A DNA stretch of 64,000 nt, taken from the NCBI GenBank assembly GCA_951406725.2, contig OX597815.1:15810001-15874000 (forward strand), given 5' to 3'. Position 1 is the stretch's first letter. The number at the start of each line of letters is the position of its first letter. Below are positions 13,516 to 27,925 of the stretch, piece by piece. The notes below the pieces were generated by a model, which was not told the origin of the DNA, made no database searches, and saw nothing but the letters and a program-made list of their open reading frames with translations. Position numbers and translations under genes: made by a program. The stretch is from Octopus vulgaris. Its lineage: Eukaryota.

Positions 13516-15435
13516 AAAAAAAAGTAAATGAATAATAATCACACACCAATAAATAGTAACTATTCTATACACACAGTTATAAGCTGTTAGTTCAATATAC
13601 ACCCTACAGGTCATGAGCACATCAATACAAGCCGCCAGTTCTTGTATACATCTTCACCAATACAAGCTGGCAATCCTATAAGCACTCTGCAGTCATATGT
13701 ATACCAATACAAGCTAACAATTCTTAAATACACCCAACACAATCATAACACAGTAATATCAGCCAAGCTTCATATACACTCTACTAGTCATAAACACACA
13801 GCTCTATAAACATCTGACACAAAGAGGAGTGGCTGTGTGGTAAGTAGCTTGTTTACCAGCCACATGGTTCCGGGTTCAGTCCCACTGCGTGGCACCTTGG
13901 GCAAGTGTCTTCTGCTATAGCCTCGGGCCGACCAAAGCCTTGTGAGTGGATTTGGTTGACGGAAACTGAAAGAAGCCCGTCGTATATATGCATATGTATA
14001 TATGTGTGCGTGTATGTTTGTGTGTCTGTGTTTGTCCCATCTAACATCGCTTGACAACCGATGCTGGTGTGTTTATGTCCCCGTCACTTAGCAGTTCAGC
14101 AAAAGAGACCGATAGAATAAGTACTAGGCTTACAAAGAATAAGTCCCGGGGTCGAGTTGCTCGATTAAAGGCGGTGCTCCAGCATGGTCGCAGTCAAATG
14201 ACTGAAACAAGTAAAAGAGAAAGAGAAAAGATACTAATATGAGCTAAAAGCTCTGTATACACCCTACATAAATAGTCACAGACACACCAATGTGAGCTGA
14301 CAGTTTTATACACATCCTACATACATACATACACAGTTAAGAGCACAAATATAAGCTACATACACCCTACAGTCATAAACACACCAATTTTGGATTGCAG
14401 TTCTATATACACCCTACACACTAATATGGATTTGTTGTACAAAATGGGAAGTTGAGATATTACTCTTACTCTTTACTCTTTTACTTGTTTCAGTCATTTG
14501 ACTGCGGCCATGCTGGAGCACCGCCTTTAGTCGAGCAACTCGACCCCAGGACTTATTCTTTTGCAAGTCCAGTACTTATTCTATCGGTCTCTTTTGCCAA
14601 ACCGCTAAGTGACGGGGACATAAACACACCAGTATTGGTTGTCAAACACTGCTAGGGGGACAAACACAGACACACAAACACATACACATACATACATATA
14701 CATATATACGACAGGCTTCTTTCAGTTTCCGTCTACCAAATCCACTCACAAGGCATTGGTCGGCCCGGGGCTATAGCAGAAGACACTTGCCCAAGATGCT
14801 ACACAGTGGGACTGAACCTGGAACCATGTGGTTGGTTAGCAAGCTACTTACCACACAGCCACTCCTGTGCCTATCCATACTTTTCCCAGAAATATTAACA
14901 ATAAAGTGAATTGAAATATGAGATCTGAATACAAGCAATTTATTATTGAAATTTAAATTGCAGGAATCTGTTTAAGTTCTCTCCCAAGAATCTGAAGAGA
15001 GTTTTAAGTTCTGTCCATGATAGATAAAAATGTAGGATAATATTTAACAATTGTTTACATTTCCTTTACTGTCTGGTAAATCAGTGTAGTTTGTGACAAG
15101 CTATACCAACCATTACAAATTGTACATATGATATGAGGCTTCAATTTTGACATCAAGAAGATAACAATGAGAGAAAATACATAAGTATGGAACAGACTGC
15201 CGACATCAGTTGTTAGTTGTCGGAGCACTGCATCCTTCAAAGCTTCCATGCTTCCTGAGATTCGCCAACACTACACCTGATTTTCTCCCCTCCATACACA
15301 CGCAAGCATGTATCTGACTCATACACTGTTCACTTTCCAGACATTTGTACACTACTGCATATGCTTTATACGCACTTTTGACAAGGTGTTGTGCACCTGA
15401 GCACTGTGTACAATAATTTCATTATTATTATATGC

Positions 15436-15490
<55 letters not shown>

Positions 15491-15624
15491 CAGAAAAACT
15501 GAAAGTTATGTAAATAAACTCAAAGGAGGGAATGTCACTGAGTTGAGGATGGGTACAGCATCTGTTGATGAAATAGGCACAATAGCTATTTGGTTAAAAA
15601 AGTGATGCCATACGTACATCTGTT

Positions 15625-16070
15625 ATTGCCCATGCAAACTCCGACGTCTGGCAGCTGACTTGGCAGACACCCATAAAATTATCAACCATCGTACAAACAA
15701 TAACTCTGAGCACCTTTTCAAACTCCACCTGTCTAACACCCGTGGACATATTTACAAAGTCAGAAAACAGCACAGCTCCCATGACTTTAGGAAACATTTT
15801 TTCACGCTAAGAGTTGCTGAAACATGGAACAAACTGCCAGCATCAATTGTTAGTTGTCGGAGCACTGCATCCTTCAAAACTGCCATGCTTCCTGTGATTC
15901 ACCAACACTACACCTGATTTTCTCCCCTCAATAAACATGCAAGCATGTATCTGACTCATACACTGTTCACTTTCCAGACATTTGTACATTACTGCATATG
16001 CTTTATACGCACTTTCTGACAAGTTGTGGTGCACCTGAGCACTATATACAATAATTTCATTATTATTATT
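15625..16070 (+). mobile_element. CR1-clade LINE 3' end (family with several copies)
   Basis: TRGHIYKVRKQHSSHDFRKHFFTLRVAETWNKLPASIV (CR1 ORF2 C-terminus), 3' UTR and (ATT)n tail. Copies at 15187-15490(+), 17147-17453(-), 27371-27925(-), 37428-37922(-), 47380-47695(+); tiny tails at ~30223 and ~34313. Confidence 0.85.
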
Positions 16071-17927
16071 AAATTCACCATCCTTTCTACAATCTAATCA
16101 TCATCATCATCGTTTAACATCCGCTTTCCATGCTAGCATGAGTTGGACGATTTTGACTGAGGGCTAGCGAACCAGATGGCTGCACCAGGCTCCAATCTTG
16201 ATCTGGCTGAGTTTCTACAGCTGGATGCCCTTCCTAATGCCAACCACTCCGAGAGTGTAGTGGGTGCTTTTTACATGCCACCAGCACAGGGGCCAGTCAG
16301 GCGGTAATGGCAACAACCTCGCTCGAATCTTTTTACACATGCCACTGGCACAGGTACTAATACAGCCATAAATAGCTAACACTGCCTTATTACAATCAGA
16401 ACTATAAGAACTAAACATAGAGTAGCAATTCAGAGAGAAGCCACAATAAGAATTGATGGTATAGAATAGATAACCTTTTCATAATAAAAATTGATGGTAT
16501 GACATATGTTACCTTTAAACTTCTATTTTTCAGTCACTCAATACCTTTTCGCTTCATAAGACAACATATAGAAACAAAGAATTAAATCAAGAGCCTATTT
16601 TTAATCTTTATCACGATAAGAAATATAACAGACTACAACTGAGTTGAGTGACTAATTCTTTCTAACACACATCACACACACATCACACACAGAGTCTACT
16701 GTATCTTTTGCATAGAATACAGATAATTTCAGTGTCCTTTCTATGATGAAGGACATTGCCTGTGTCCTTTTCCATGGTTGTGATTTTCTGTCTCCTAAAT
16801 ACACAACAGTTCCTTAAATACTTTCTTGATTTCATCTGCTGTTAGTTATCTCCCAAAAGACACAACAGTTGTCTGAAATTATTTCAGATGTGATCATCTG
16901 TTTCTTTTCTGAGACACAATATACTGTTTCGTGCCAACATGAAAGGCAACTACACAGCTGTTTATCAGAGAGTCAATGTTCAGTTAACCTCCTAGCAAGG
17001 AAAATGGCTTGTTTTATTCATTATGTTATAACAAATCTTAGAATAATATCACTCTTTATAGGATGTCATGTTTTTGTGAACAACTGCTATAACAAGATGT
17101 CACCACTGTAAATAGCTCTTCTTCTCAATTTGGGCAAAACTATGCTAATAATAATAATAATAATGAAATTATTGTATACAGTGCTCAGGTGCACCATAAC
17201 TTGTCAGAAAGTGCATATAAAGTACATACAGTAATGTACAAATGTCTAGAAAGTGAACAGTGTATAAGTCAGATACATGCTTGTGTGTGTATGGAGGGGA
17301 GAAAATCAGGTGTAGTGTTGGCGAATCTCAGGAAGCATGGAAGTTTTGAAGGATGCAGTGCTCCGACAACCAACAACTGATGCCGGCAGTTTGTTCCATA
17401 CTTCAGCAACTCTTAGCGTGAAAAAATGTTTCCAAAAGTCACGGGAGCTGTGCATGTCATGAAGCACATATCATTGACAATGAATTTTCAAGCAAAGCTA
17501 GAATAAGGTATGTAGACTGATGTTTTAAAGTATGGAGAGAAAGGTGTGTAGAGTGATGTTTGCAGAGTAAAAAATGCTGAGCAAGCTATATAATGCTTGT
17601 ATGGTATGTAAAGTTAATTGAGTAAATTTTGTAGAGCTAGGTATGTAGAATAAGGTATGTTGAGTCATATTTGTAGTATAAGAGTTTGCAGATTATACAA
17701 ACTCTTATAGAGTAATGTTTAAGAGTAGGATATGTATAGAGAAATGTTTAAGAGTAGGCACAGGAGTGGTTGTGTGGTAAGTAGCTTGCTTACCAACCAC
17801 ATGGTTCTGGGTTCAGTCCCACTGTGTGGCATCTTGGACAAGTGTCTTCTACTATGGCCTTGGGCCGATCAAAGCCTTGTGAGTGGATTTGGTAGACAGA
17901 AACTGAAAGAAGCCCGTCGTATATAAG

Positions 17928-17991
<64 letters not shown>

Positions 17992-18737
17992 TGTGTGTTT
18001 GTCCCCTTAGCATTGCTTGACAACCGATGCTGGTGAGTTTATGTGCCTGTCACTTAGCAGTTCGGCAAAAGAGACCAATAGAATAAGTACCAGGCTTCCA
18101 AAGAATAAGTCCCGGTGTCGATTTGCTCGACTAAAGGTGGTGCTCCAGCATGGTCGCAGTCAAATGACTGAAACAAGTAAAAGAGTAGGATATATAGAAT
18201 AAGGTATGTAGAGTAACATTTGTAGAGTAAGGTGTGTAGATATGTAGAATAACGTTTGTAGAATGTTGTGTAGAGTCATGTTTGTAGAGGAAAGTACGAA
18301 GAATAAGGTATGTAACATTTGTAGAGCAAAACAACTCTGAATAACTCAGATGAGGATGAGCCATCATATGGAGCATTTGATGGTAATGATGATGAAGAAA
18401 TATTTCTGCGGTTAGGAAGGTGAGAGGCAAGCACTCTCTAGAGAGTTTTAGGAAAAACATAGGCTGCTTGATCTGCTAGAAATAGTAGCCATATCTTATT
18501 AGAAAAAGGGAAGATTACATAGGACAGTGTAGTCTACAATATGTAAAATGATGTGTTGGTCAGAACTGGAATATCTTTGATTGTAGTTCTGCCGAGAGCT
18601 GACCTTGGGTTAAACAGCAAGTTCAACGTTACAGGCACAGTTTTGCAGGTCGCTCTCTGTCTTTCTGATGATGGGAGGATAGTTGTTTTGATGTTAGACC
18701 TCCAGTACTCTTGCAGAGATATGGCGAATGTTAAGCC

Positions 18738-18753
18738 AATGATGATGATAATA

Positions 18754-18812
<59 letters not shown>

Positions 18813-18814
18813 GG

Positions 18815-18852
<38 letters not shown>

Positions 18853-19046
18853 GAGGAGGAGGAGGAGGAGGAGGAGGAGGAGGAAGGAGATAACAATAAT
18901 GCTTCCGAAGCTACTATTGATGTGATGATATTGATGAAGAGTAGGAATATGATAAGGAGGGGATGATGATGATGATGATGATGATGATAATGATGATGAC
19001 GACGACGACGATGATGATGATGATGATGACGATGACGACGACGACA
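18738..19046. repeat. Compound trinucleotide repeats (GAT)n/(GAG)n/(GAC)n
   Basis: Directly visible. Confidence 0.95.
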
Positions 19047-19818
19047 ATGGCTATGGGGATTAGAGAAGAATGATTTTTAATGATCAAAATAAGAGTTATT
19101 TTATCAACGTTGCCCTCTGAGAAAACAAAATCCTTAGAAACAACACAAATTTAAAGATGTTAAACCAGATCTTCACCCTATTTCATCACCACCACCACCA
19201 CCACCACCGCCATCCCACCACACTCACCCTACCACCATCGTCCTGGTACATAAAATATTTTGGTGTTTCTACTATGTTATTCTTGGCACCGTACTGCAAC
19301 AGATTGGTGGGTGTTATATATTGACAGAATGGTAAGCAACCTAAGAAACGAGTCTGTGACGTAATGATGCTACCAATATTCATCTTCTTACTGATAATGT
19401 AGGCTAAATATTTTAATAGTTGTGTGGTGAAGGGTTGGATCAAAGTGAGAGAGAGAGAGAGAGAGACGAATAGGGTGAAAATGAAAGAATATTCTATAAG
19501 AAACTTTCATAAAGATTGCTAGGTAAGTATTATAAACAAGGGCAGAATAAAGTAATAAAATTTCTTTCTGAGGAAAAATTCTGTAAAAATATAGCAAGAT
19601 GTGGAGACCAGAGAATAGACAAGAGAACATTATGATGAAGGTGTGTTCCATAAAATGATAGCATTTACTATGGTTAATGACATTCAGCTGTTTAATACAT
19701 AATTATAGATGTATATTAATAAATGCATGTCAAGTTCTACCAGTGTGTGTGTGTGTGTGTGTTTGGAAACAAGTATGTATGTTTATATGAATCTATATAT
19801 GAAGGTGTGTGCGCATAT

Positions 19819-19849
<31 letters not shown>

Positions 19850-20117
19850 GACATATGTATGTATATATGTACATACATATATGCATACATTTATATACAT
19901 CTTTATGAATTTACATACATATATGTAATCATATAACTATATACCATATCAGTATGGGAGAGTAAATGTGAGATTATAATGATGATGATGATGATGATAT
20001 ACCAATACCAGTGTAGCCAACGGATATTAAATGATGATAATAATGATGATGATAATGATGATGATGATATACATATGTTAATCATTTTTTACTTTGTATC
20101 TGTCTCTCATTCTTTCA

Positions 20118-20154
<37 letters not shown>

Positions 20155-21497
20155 ACATAAATATACATATGTGTGTGTGTATCTAGACACACACACACAC
20201 ACACACAGGGATGCACTTAAAAAATTCAGACTCCTAGATACAAGTTAAAGAATTACTTGGCAGAATGCCCAACCTGTGGAGCTGAATGAACAAACTGGCA
20301 GGCTCACTGAGTAGTCTTCAAATTCTTTCTATCTCAGGTTTTTAGTATGTAATTCTAGCCATAAGCAACACAAAATATGGACTAGAAATAAATAGGTAGC
20401 AAAGGAGAAGAAACTTAGGTACTACCTCAAAGCAACACTTTCTTACAAGTGGATAACAGCAAGACACTGTTTTAACCTAATAGGGAGTAACAAATGAGTT
20501 AATCTATAAAATGATGGGAAGCATGGGAAATATATAGAAATATTTTATCTTTTATCTATTTCTTATATATTAGGAAAGTTTTGGAAGAATGTGAGGTCTA
20601 AAATAAAGTTAACTTGTCTGCCTGTTTTAATGCCTCAATACACTTGTTCGTTTACTGTACTGAGGGAATGTATGATTCATTTTCTATTTATCATCATCAT
20701 CGTCGTTTAACGTCTGTTTTCCGTGCTAGCATGGGTTGGACGGTTCAACCGGGGTCTGGGAAGCCAGGAGGCTGCACCAGGCTCCAGTCTGGTCTGGCAG
20801 TGTTTCTACAGCTGGATGCCCTTCCTAACACCAACTACTCCATGAGTGTAGTGGTGCTTTTTACGTGCCAGGTGAGGCTGGCAACAGCCACGATCAGTTG
20901 GTGCTTTTTATATGCCTCCGGCATGGAAGCTAGTCAAGGCGGCGCTGGCATCGGCCACGTTCGAATGGTGCTTTTTATGTGCCATTGGCACAGAAGCTAG
21001 TCAAGGCGGCGCTGGCATCAGCCAAGTTCGGATGGTGCTTTTTACGTGCCACTGGCACAGGGATCACAACTACAATTTCCATTGATTTTTGATGTTGATG
21101 TACTTGACTCAATAGGTCTCCTCAAGCACAGGGGGTCTCCTCAAGCACAGGGGTTCTCCTCAAGCTTCTTTTTGTTGTTTAGTCCCAGAGCAGCCCTGAC
21201 CAAATGGATCTATGATAAAAGGCATTCCAGCAATGACCATCCCATTTTATTGGTTTCAAATTTTGGCACAAGGCCAGCAATTTGGGGGTGGGGTAAATTG
21301 ATTACATCAACCCCAGTGCTCAACTGGTACTTATTTCATCAACTCCCAAAAAGGATAAAAGGCAAAGTCAACCCCAGCAGAATTTGAACTCAGAACATAA
21401 AGACAGATGAAATGCTGCCAAGCAGTTTGCCCAGAATGCTAACAATTCTATTTTATTATCAGGCATAGTGTTTCTTGGAGTAGTAGTAGTAGTAATT

Positions 21498-21551
<54 letters not shown>

Positions 21552-22700
21552 TGACTATGTTATCTAAAAGCAGAACTAATATGTCCTTTATATTTTTAAA
21601 GATTGTTGGGTATGATTTGAAGGAAACTTGGCTGCTATTTTAAGCAGGTAGAGCAGTTGCATGGATTGTAGTGATTCCTTCACTGGTTCACTATTTCTTG
21701 TAAATTGGAAATGGTCAAGAAAACAATTTAAGCTTTAACAAAACCATCTTTCTATTATTTAACTTAATAATACAATCCCTTTTGATCGAAAACCTACTCC
21801 ACTTCTTTATTTTTTCTTTCCTCCCCATAAAGAAAATCTCTACTTTGTAATCTGTCCCATCTGTGTGCAGCCCTGTGTGACTAATAAAGAAACATATTAT
21901 TTAACTTAATGTCTCAATATCTATATAGATAGTTTGATTTTTCTCTTTTAGTATGTTGTTTTCCTCTTTTTTTATAGTCAATTGTATACATACAATTGGA
22001 GTATACATTTTTTTTTTTATTGTTATGGGAATCCAGTAATTTAAAAATATATGTATGTAATGTAATATCTTTCTGACATTGTAAGAAAATACCTATTCAG
22101 TAGGAACTGAGCCAAGTGAACAGTTTAACCAAAAGTACTATTAAATGGAAGCAGCAAGGGGGAGCAAATGTGTTTTTTAAAAAGGCTTCCTACTGCTGCT
22201 CCTCCTCCTCCTCCTCCTTCTCATCATCATCATCAAAATAATCATTGTAATCATCATTATCAGCAACATCATCATCATCATCATCGTTTAACGTCCGTTT
22301 TCCATGCTAGCATGGGTTGGACGGTTCGACCGGGGTCTGGGAAGCCAGAAGGCTGCACCAGGCTCCAGTCTGATCTGGCAGTGTTTCTACAGCTGGATGC
22401 CCTTCCTAACGCCAACCACTCCGTAAGTGTAGTGGGTGCTTTTTACGTGCCACCAGCACAGGTGCCAGGCGAGGCTGGCAACGGCCACGATCGGTTGGTG
22501 CTGCTATAATTATTATCATTTTTACTATTAGGGTGGAGGATTGGCAGAACCAATAGTGTTGGGAAAATACCTTGTGGAATTTGTTTCAGCTCTTTACATT
22601 CTGAGTTCTGATCTTGCAGAGGTCAACTTTGAACTTTGCCTCTCAGTCTTTTTAAGCTGATAAAATAAGCTTTCAGTCAAGTATTTTTAATGGTATAAAC

Positions 22701-22845
22701 CAGTCATGGGTAACCTATGGCCCATGGAACTTCCTCAATGGCATACCTAATGAAAAATTACCTTGAATTCTTTTAACAGTGTGGCCCACCCAGTGTTAAG
22801 CCATGTCTCATGCAGCCTACATCTAAAGAAAAGTTACCCAGCCTG
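22701..22845. mobile_element. Older hAT MITE
   Basis: CAG..TGGGTAAC / GTTACCCA..CTG termini; TSD GTATAAAC/GTATACAC. Confidence 0.65.
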
Positions 22846-22970
22846 GTATACACTATGTGCCTAAATCAAAAATCCTTTTGACAATAAAGTGCCAATCAAA
22901 TACTAGTATCAATGTTATTTACTAAACCCTGTCACTCAAAATTGCTGGTCATATGCCTAAATCATAAAGC

Positions 22971-23003
<33 letters not shown>

Positions 23004-24304
23004 TTTATTTTTATTTTTATGTTTGACTTTTGCTTTGCATTTGTACAAACTGGCTCCAAGTTTCACCCAGAGACCTCAAGAGACAACAAGTTAGAAGTTC
23101 ATGTTAGAGTTATGCCTAGGGTGCCATATATTTGGTTTTGTACTTAGTGTAGTACTAGTGAATGTTTAAGAAACCATAAGAAAATTATGTGTTTGTTTTA
23201 AAATTTGAGATTACGTAGACAGTATTTTATGTAGGATATGGGCAGTTCCCATGAGCACTATCTTTTGAATTTCTGCCATTTTGGGGTTTCCTGGTATCTG
23301 AGCTAGGTAGCAATTAGCCCCTTTTGCTATCATTCCCAGAACATCTATGACAATAGGTATTGTTTTAGTCTTGAGGTTCCACATTTTGCTAATTTCTATT
23401 TCAAGATCTTTATACTTGCTCAGTTTTTGGTAGGTCTTGACAGATACATTTATATCGATTGAGGTCTGAAGTCTTTCAATATGATGTCTGGCCTATTTGC
23501 ATCTATCTTTCTGTCAGTTTGAATGGTGAAGTTTCAGAGGAGTGAGATGTGATTATTTTCAAGCACCGGAGGTGGATTGTGTTCCCACCAGTTTTTCTCA
23601 TGGGGCAAGTCGAGGTTTTTGCAAATGACCCAGTGAATATATTGCGCAGCTCTATTATGCCTATTGAGATACTCTGTAGGCACAAGAAAACTGCACATAG
23701 AGATAACATGATCAATGGCCTCATTTTGTTGTTGACATACACGACATATTGGGGAGCTGCCGTTCTTTAATATGTTGGCCTGGTAGTTCTTTGTAGGTAG
23801 GCATTCATCTTGGGCTGCTATGATAAACCCTTCTGTTTCTGATTTTAAGCCAGAAGCCATTAGCCATTGATGGGTCAGGGCTTTGTCAACATCGGCATTA
23901 TTCGCTCTCTTTGGGTATTTGCCATAGAGAGATTCTTCTTGCCATTTATCAATAATAATATCTAAGACAGCAGTTTTAGCATGGGTTTTCATGCACTTAG
24001 CTTTTTCTGCGCTTGCTTCTAGTACATCTGATTCTGGAATTTGTTGTATTCGGAATTCACTTAGATATTCCTTTGCCTGTTTTGTTACAGAGTATGATGC
24101 TTTCTTGTTTTGAGACAAGTTTTAACATCCAGTCCTCAGAGTTTTTCAGGTAGGTGTCTAGGCCAATTGTGGCAATCTTTATTGTTAATGCCAGTTGTAA
24201 AAGTTCACGGCCTCCCTCTTTTCTTGGCAGATAAAGTTGTTCTGTATCTACCTTAGGGTGGTGCATTCTATGCATTGTCAACATTATTATTATTATTATT
24301 ATTA
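22971..24304 (-). mobile_element. R4/Dong-clade (restriction-like endonuclease) LINE, 5'-truncated
   Basis: LYLPRKEGGR.L, GLKSETEGFIIAAQD, CRVC....EAIDHVISMC (CCHC), RHNRAA..IHW, NRPDI, TIPIVI. Flanked on both sides by (TAA)n. Confidence 0.88.
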
Positions 24305-24980
24305 TGACGAGAATGGCTGAAGATAGTTGGGTGAAAAAGTGCCACACCCTAGCAGTTGAGGGAACCTGTGGAAGAGGTAGACCCAGGAAAACCTGGGACG
24401 AGGTGGTAAAGCACGACCTTCGAACTTTAGGTCTCACCAAGGAAATGACTAGAGACCGAGACCTATGGAAGTATGCTGTGTATGAGAAGACTCAGCAGGA
24501 CTAGTGAGACCATAACCCGTGGCCTCTACCTGGAATGTAGCCAGTCGACTCATACATACCTTTCCTTCTTGGGACACAAAACTCCACTTGTGAAGACCCG
24601 TTGAGGCAAGTGGAAATCAGAAATCAGAACCAAAATCGAAGTCGATCAACATCAATGGAAATTGCAGCTGTGATACCAGTACCGGTGGCACGTAAGCGAA
24701 CCATCTGATCATGGCCGTTGCCAGCGCCGCCCTGACTGGCCTCCGTGCCGGTGGCACATAAAAAGCACCATCCGTCCGTGGCCGTTTGCCAGCCCCGTCT
24801 GGCACCTGTGCTGGTGGCACGTAAAAAGCACCCACTACACTCACGGAGTGGTTGGCATTTGGAAGGGCATCTAGCCGTAGAAACATTGCCAGATCAGACT
24901 GGGCCTGGTGCAGCCTTCTGGCTTCCTAGACCCCAGTTGAACCGTCCAACCCATGCTTTTGTTGATGATGATGATGATGA
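24305..24980 (+). mobile_element. RTE LINE 3' fragment (ORF end, 3' UTR, (GAT)n tail)
   Basis: RMAEDSWVKKCHTLAVEGTCGRGRPRKTW..., nearly identical to 31690-31887. Inserted at a (TTA)n tract next to the R4-like element. Confidence 0.88.
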
Positions 24981-26929
24981 TGATTATTATTATTATTATT
25001 ATGTCCTGAGTTCAAATTCTGTCAAGGCTGACTTTGCCTTTCATCCTTTCAGGGGTCGATAAATCAAGTACCAGTGAAACACTGGGGGTCGATGTAATCA
25101 AATAGTTCCCTCCCCACAAATTTGAGGCCTTGTGGTGCCTCCAGCAGAAAGGATTGTTGTTGTTAATATTTTTGTTATTACACAGACTTTGAGCTGACAG
25201 ACTCATTAGCATGTCAGGCAAAATGTTTAGTGGAATTTCGTCTGTCTTATGTTCCGAGTTCAAATTCTGCCAAGGTTGACTTTACCTTTCATCCTTTCAG
25301 GAACAATGAAATAAGTACTAGTTGAATACTGAGATCAATCTGAGTAGCCCCCTCCCCTAAAATTTCAGGCCACATGCCTAGACAAGAAAGGATTATTATT
25401 ATTATTATTATTACATACTGATACTGAATTTATAGATTGAATTTCTAATAAAATTCCTTCAAATATCATTCTATCTTTGTATCTATATGCATATGCACAG
25501 CGTCGCCTTACTGGCACTTGTGCCCATGCTAGTAGGGTGCCAAGAGCACCATCTGAGCACGATCATTGCCAGAGCAGCTAACTGGCTTCCGTGCCAGTGG
25601 CATGTAAAAGGCACCATTCAAGCGGGATCGTTACCAGCGTCGCCTTACTGGCACCTGTGCTGGTTGCATGTGTAAAAAGATTCGAGCGAGGCCATTGCCA
25701 GTAACTGCCTGACTGGCCCCTGTGCCAGTGGCACGTAAAAAGCACCCACTACACTCTCAGAGTGGTTGGCATTAGGAAGGGCATCCAGCTGTAGAAACTC
25801 TGCCAGATCAAGATTGGAGCCTGGTGCAGTCATCTGGTTCGCCAGCCCTCAATCAAAATCGTCCAACCCATGCTAACATGGAAAGCGGACGTTAAACGAT
25901 GATGATGATGATGATGATGACAGATATGCAATATCAGTGTGTATGTATGACAAAGTGAAAATGCATGAAGATAAAAATTTAGCAAAACAGGAATCAGATG
26001 TTGTGTGCAAGAAAGAAGACAGTGCTGGTATGGTGATGTGATGCATATGGATGAGAAGAACTATATAAAAAAAAGTGTCATTTACAAAATGTAGAAAGAA
26101 TTTGTGGAAGAGGGAGACCTGGGAAAACATGACACAAAGTAGTGAAAGCTGATCTCAAAATATTGAGCCTCCCAGAGATGACAAGAATTGAGATGGTTGG
26201 CAATTCATGTGCTTAAGAAAACCCATTTGTCACAGTGAAAGTGAGGTCCTAAAACATTATGTTTATGTCTGTGCATTCACTGAGCCCTGCTCCTGCACCT
26301 AATCTATCCCATCAAACCTTCCCACCTCTCATCCTCCTAAGACTCTTCCTAAAATTTATCCCTCCATCACTCATCTAAGTGTGATACTTTTCAGCTGCTG
26401 TAATCACATGATAGCAGAATCTACTCATATTCATCCCTTTTGTGCTACCAGTTACCTATTCCTCTCCCGTTAACCATTTCCTTTTAAAATCCATCCCTCA
26501 CTCTTAATTATTCCCATCTATTTTCCACTGATTACCCTTTGCTGAGCCTCCAATTATTTCTCCTTCTCCTCTGAGCTACATCTTAGGACCACCATTCCTC
26601 ACCTTTAACACCCTCTCATATCTGCTATCATTCTCAACACTCTATCCTATCTGCCTTCTACAGCCCCAGCCCCACTCACCTTTGTCCTCTACTCACTATA
26701 TATTTCTTTACTGTCCACAAGGGGCTAAACATAGAGGGGACAAACAAGGACAGACAAAGGGATTAAGTCGATTACATCGACCCCAGTGCGTAACTGGTAC
26801 TTATTTAATCGACCCCGAAAGGATGAAAGGCAAAGTCGACCTCTACTCACTATGACCACTCCTACATAACTCTGACCTTCACTTCTGTTACCATACATTT
26901 GTTGCCAGAGAAGTAACAAAAATTCTATT

Positions 26930-27360
26930 TGCATGTATTTCCAACACCAAAACTAATGGAGACATTTTTCAACACCTTGAACATTTTTCTCTTCCATGAC
27001 TACCAGTAAGGCTTTTGTGGAACTAGATCTGCTGGAAACCAAGTCACCAGCATCACTCATTAGTGACATTTATTAAAAGCTATGCTGTTGCCCTCAACAT
27101 TGGTAAAAGCTTCCAATTATGTCTGGCATATGAATCTCCATGTCTGGCATATGAATCCATCAATCTCTTGAGTCAATAGCTTGCAATCAGATTCCCCATC
27201 ATTATAAGCTGATATAGTTCTCTCTGAGTGCACACTTTATCAGGTTTGGTTTGCCTCACGTTTATGTTATTTCTCAGACTTCTTTTGACATCACATCCAG
27301 CAATTACTATTCTAACACTGATAACACCATTCTTCATTTTTCCGTAACCATTGGCATCTA
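26930..27360 (+). mobile_element. Highly decayed L2/CR1-group RT relic
   Basis: Weak AVALNI.KAF..VWH and S.TDNTIL (YADDTTL-like) remnants. Confidence 0.4.
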
Positions 27361-27370
27361 AGAGTCATCT

Positions 27371-27925
27371 AATAATAATAATAATAATAACAATAATAAA
27401 ATTATTGTATACAGTGCTCAGGTGCACCACAACTTGCCAAAAGTGCGTATAAAGCATATGCAGTAACATACAAATGTCTGGAAAGCGAACAATGTATGAG
27501 TCAGATACATGCTTGCGTGTGTATGGAGGAGAGAAAATCAGGTGTAGTGTTGGCGAATCTCAGGAAGCATGGAAGTTTTGAACGATGCAGTGCTCCGACA
27601 ACAAACAACTGATGTCGGCAGTTTGTTCCATGCTTCAGCAACTCTTAGCATGAAAAAATGTTTCCGAAAGTCATGGGAGCTGTGCTGTTTTCTGACTTAG
27701 TAAACATGTCCACGGATGTTAAACAGGTGGAGTTCGAAAAGGTGCTCAGAGTTATTGTTTGTTAGATGGTTAATGATTTTATGGGTGTCTGCCAAGTCAG
27801 CTGCCAGATGTTGGAGTTTCAATGTATCCATGCCCAGGGAAGTAATGCGTTCAGAATATGGCAAATGCCTGATGGAGGATAGTCTCTTGGTTGCACGTCG
27901 CTGAACAGTTTCCGGACGATTAATC
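27371..27925 (-). mobile_element. CR1-clade LINE 3' fragment
   Basis: Same family as 15625; extends to LETVQRRATKRL...LPYSERITSLG. Confidence 0.85.

Noticed and set aside
18534-19047. Poly-Met/Glu, poly-His and poly-Ile ORFs
   Set aside because: Trinucleotide repeats; no convincing exon with both splice sites.
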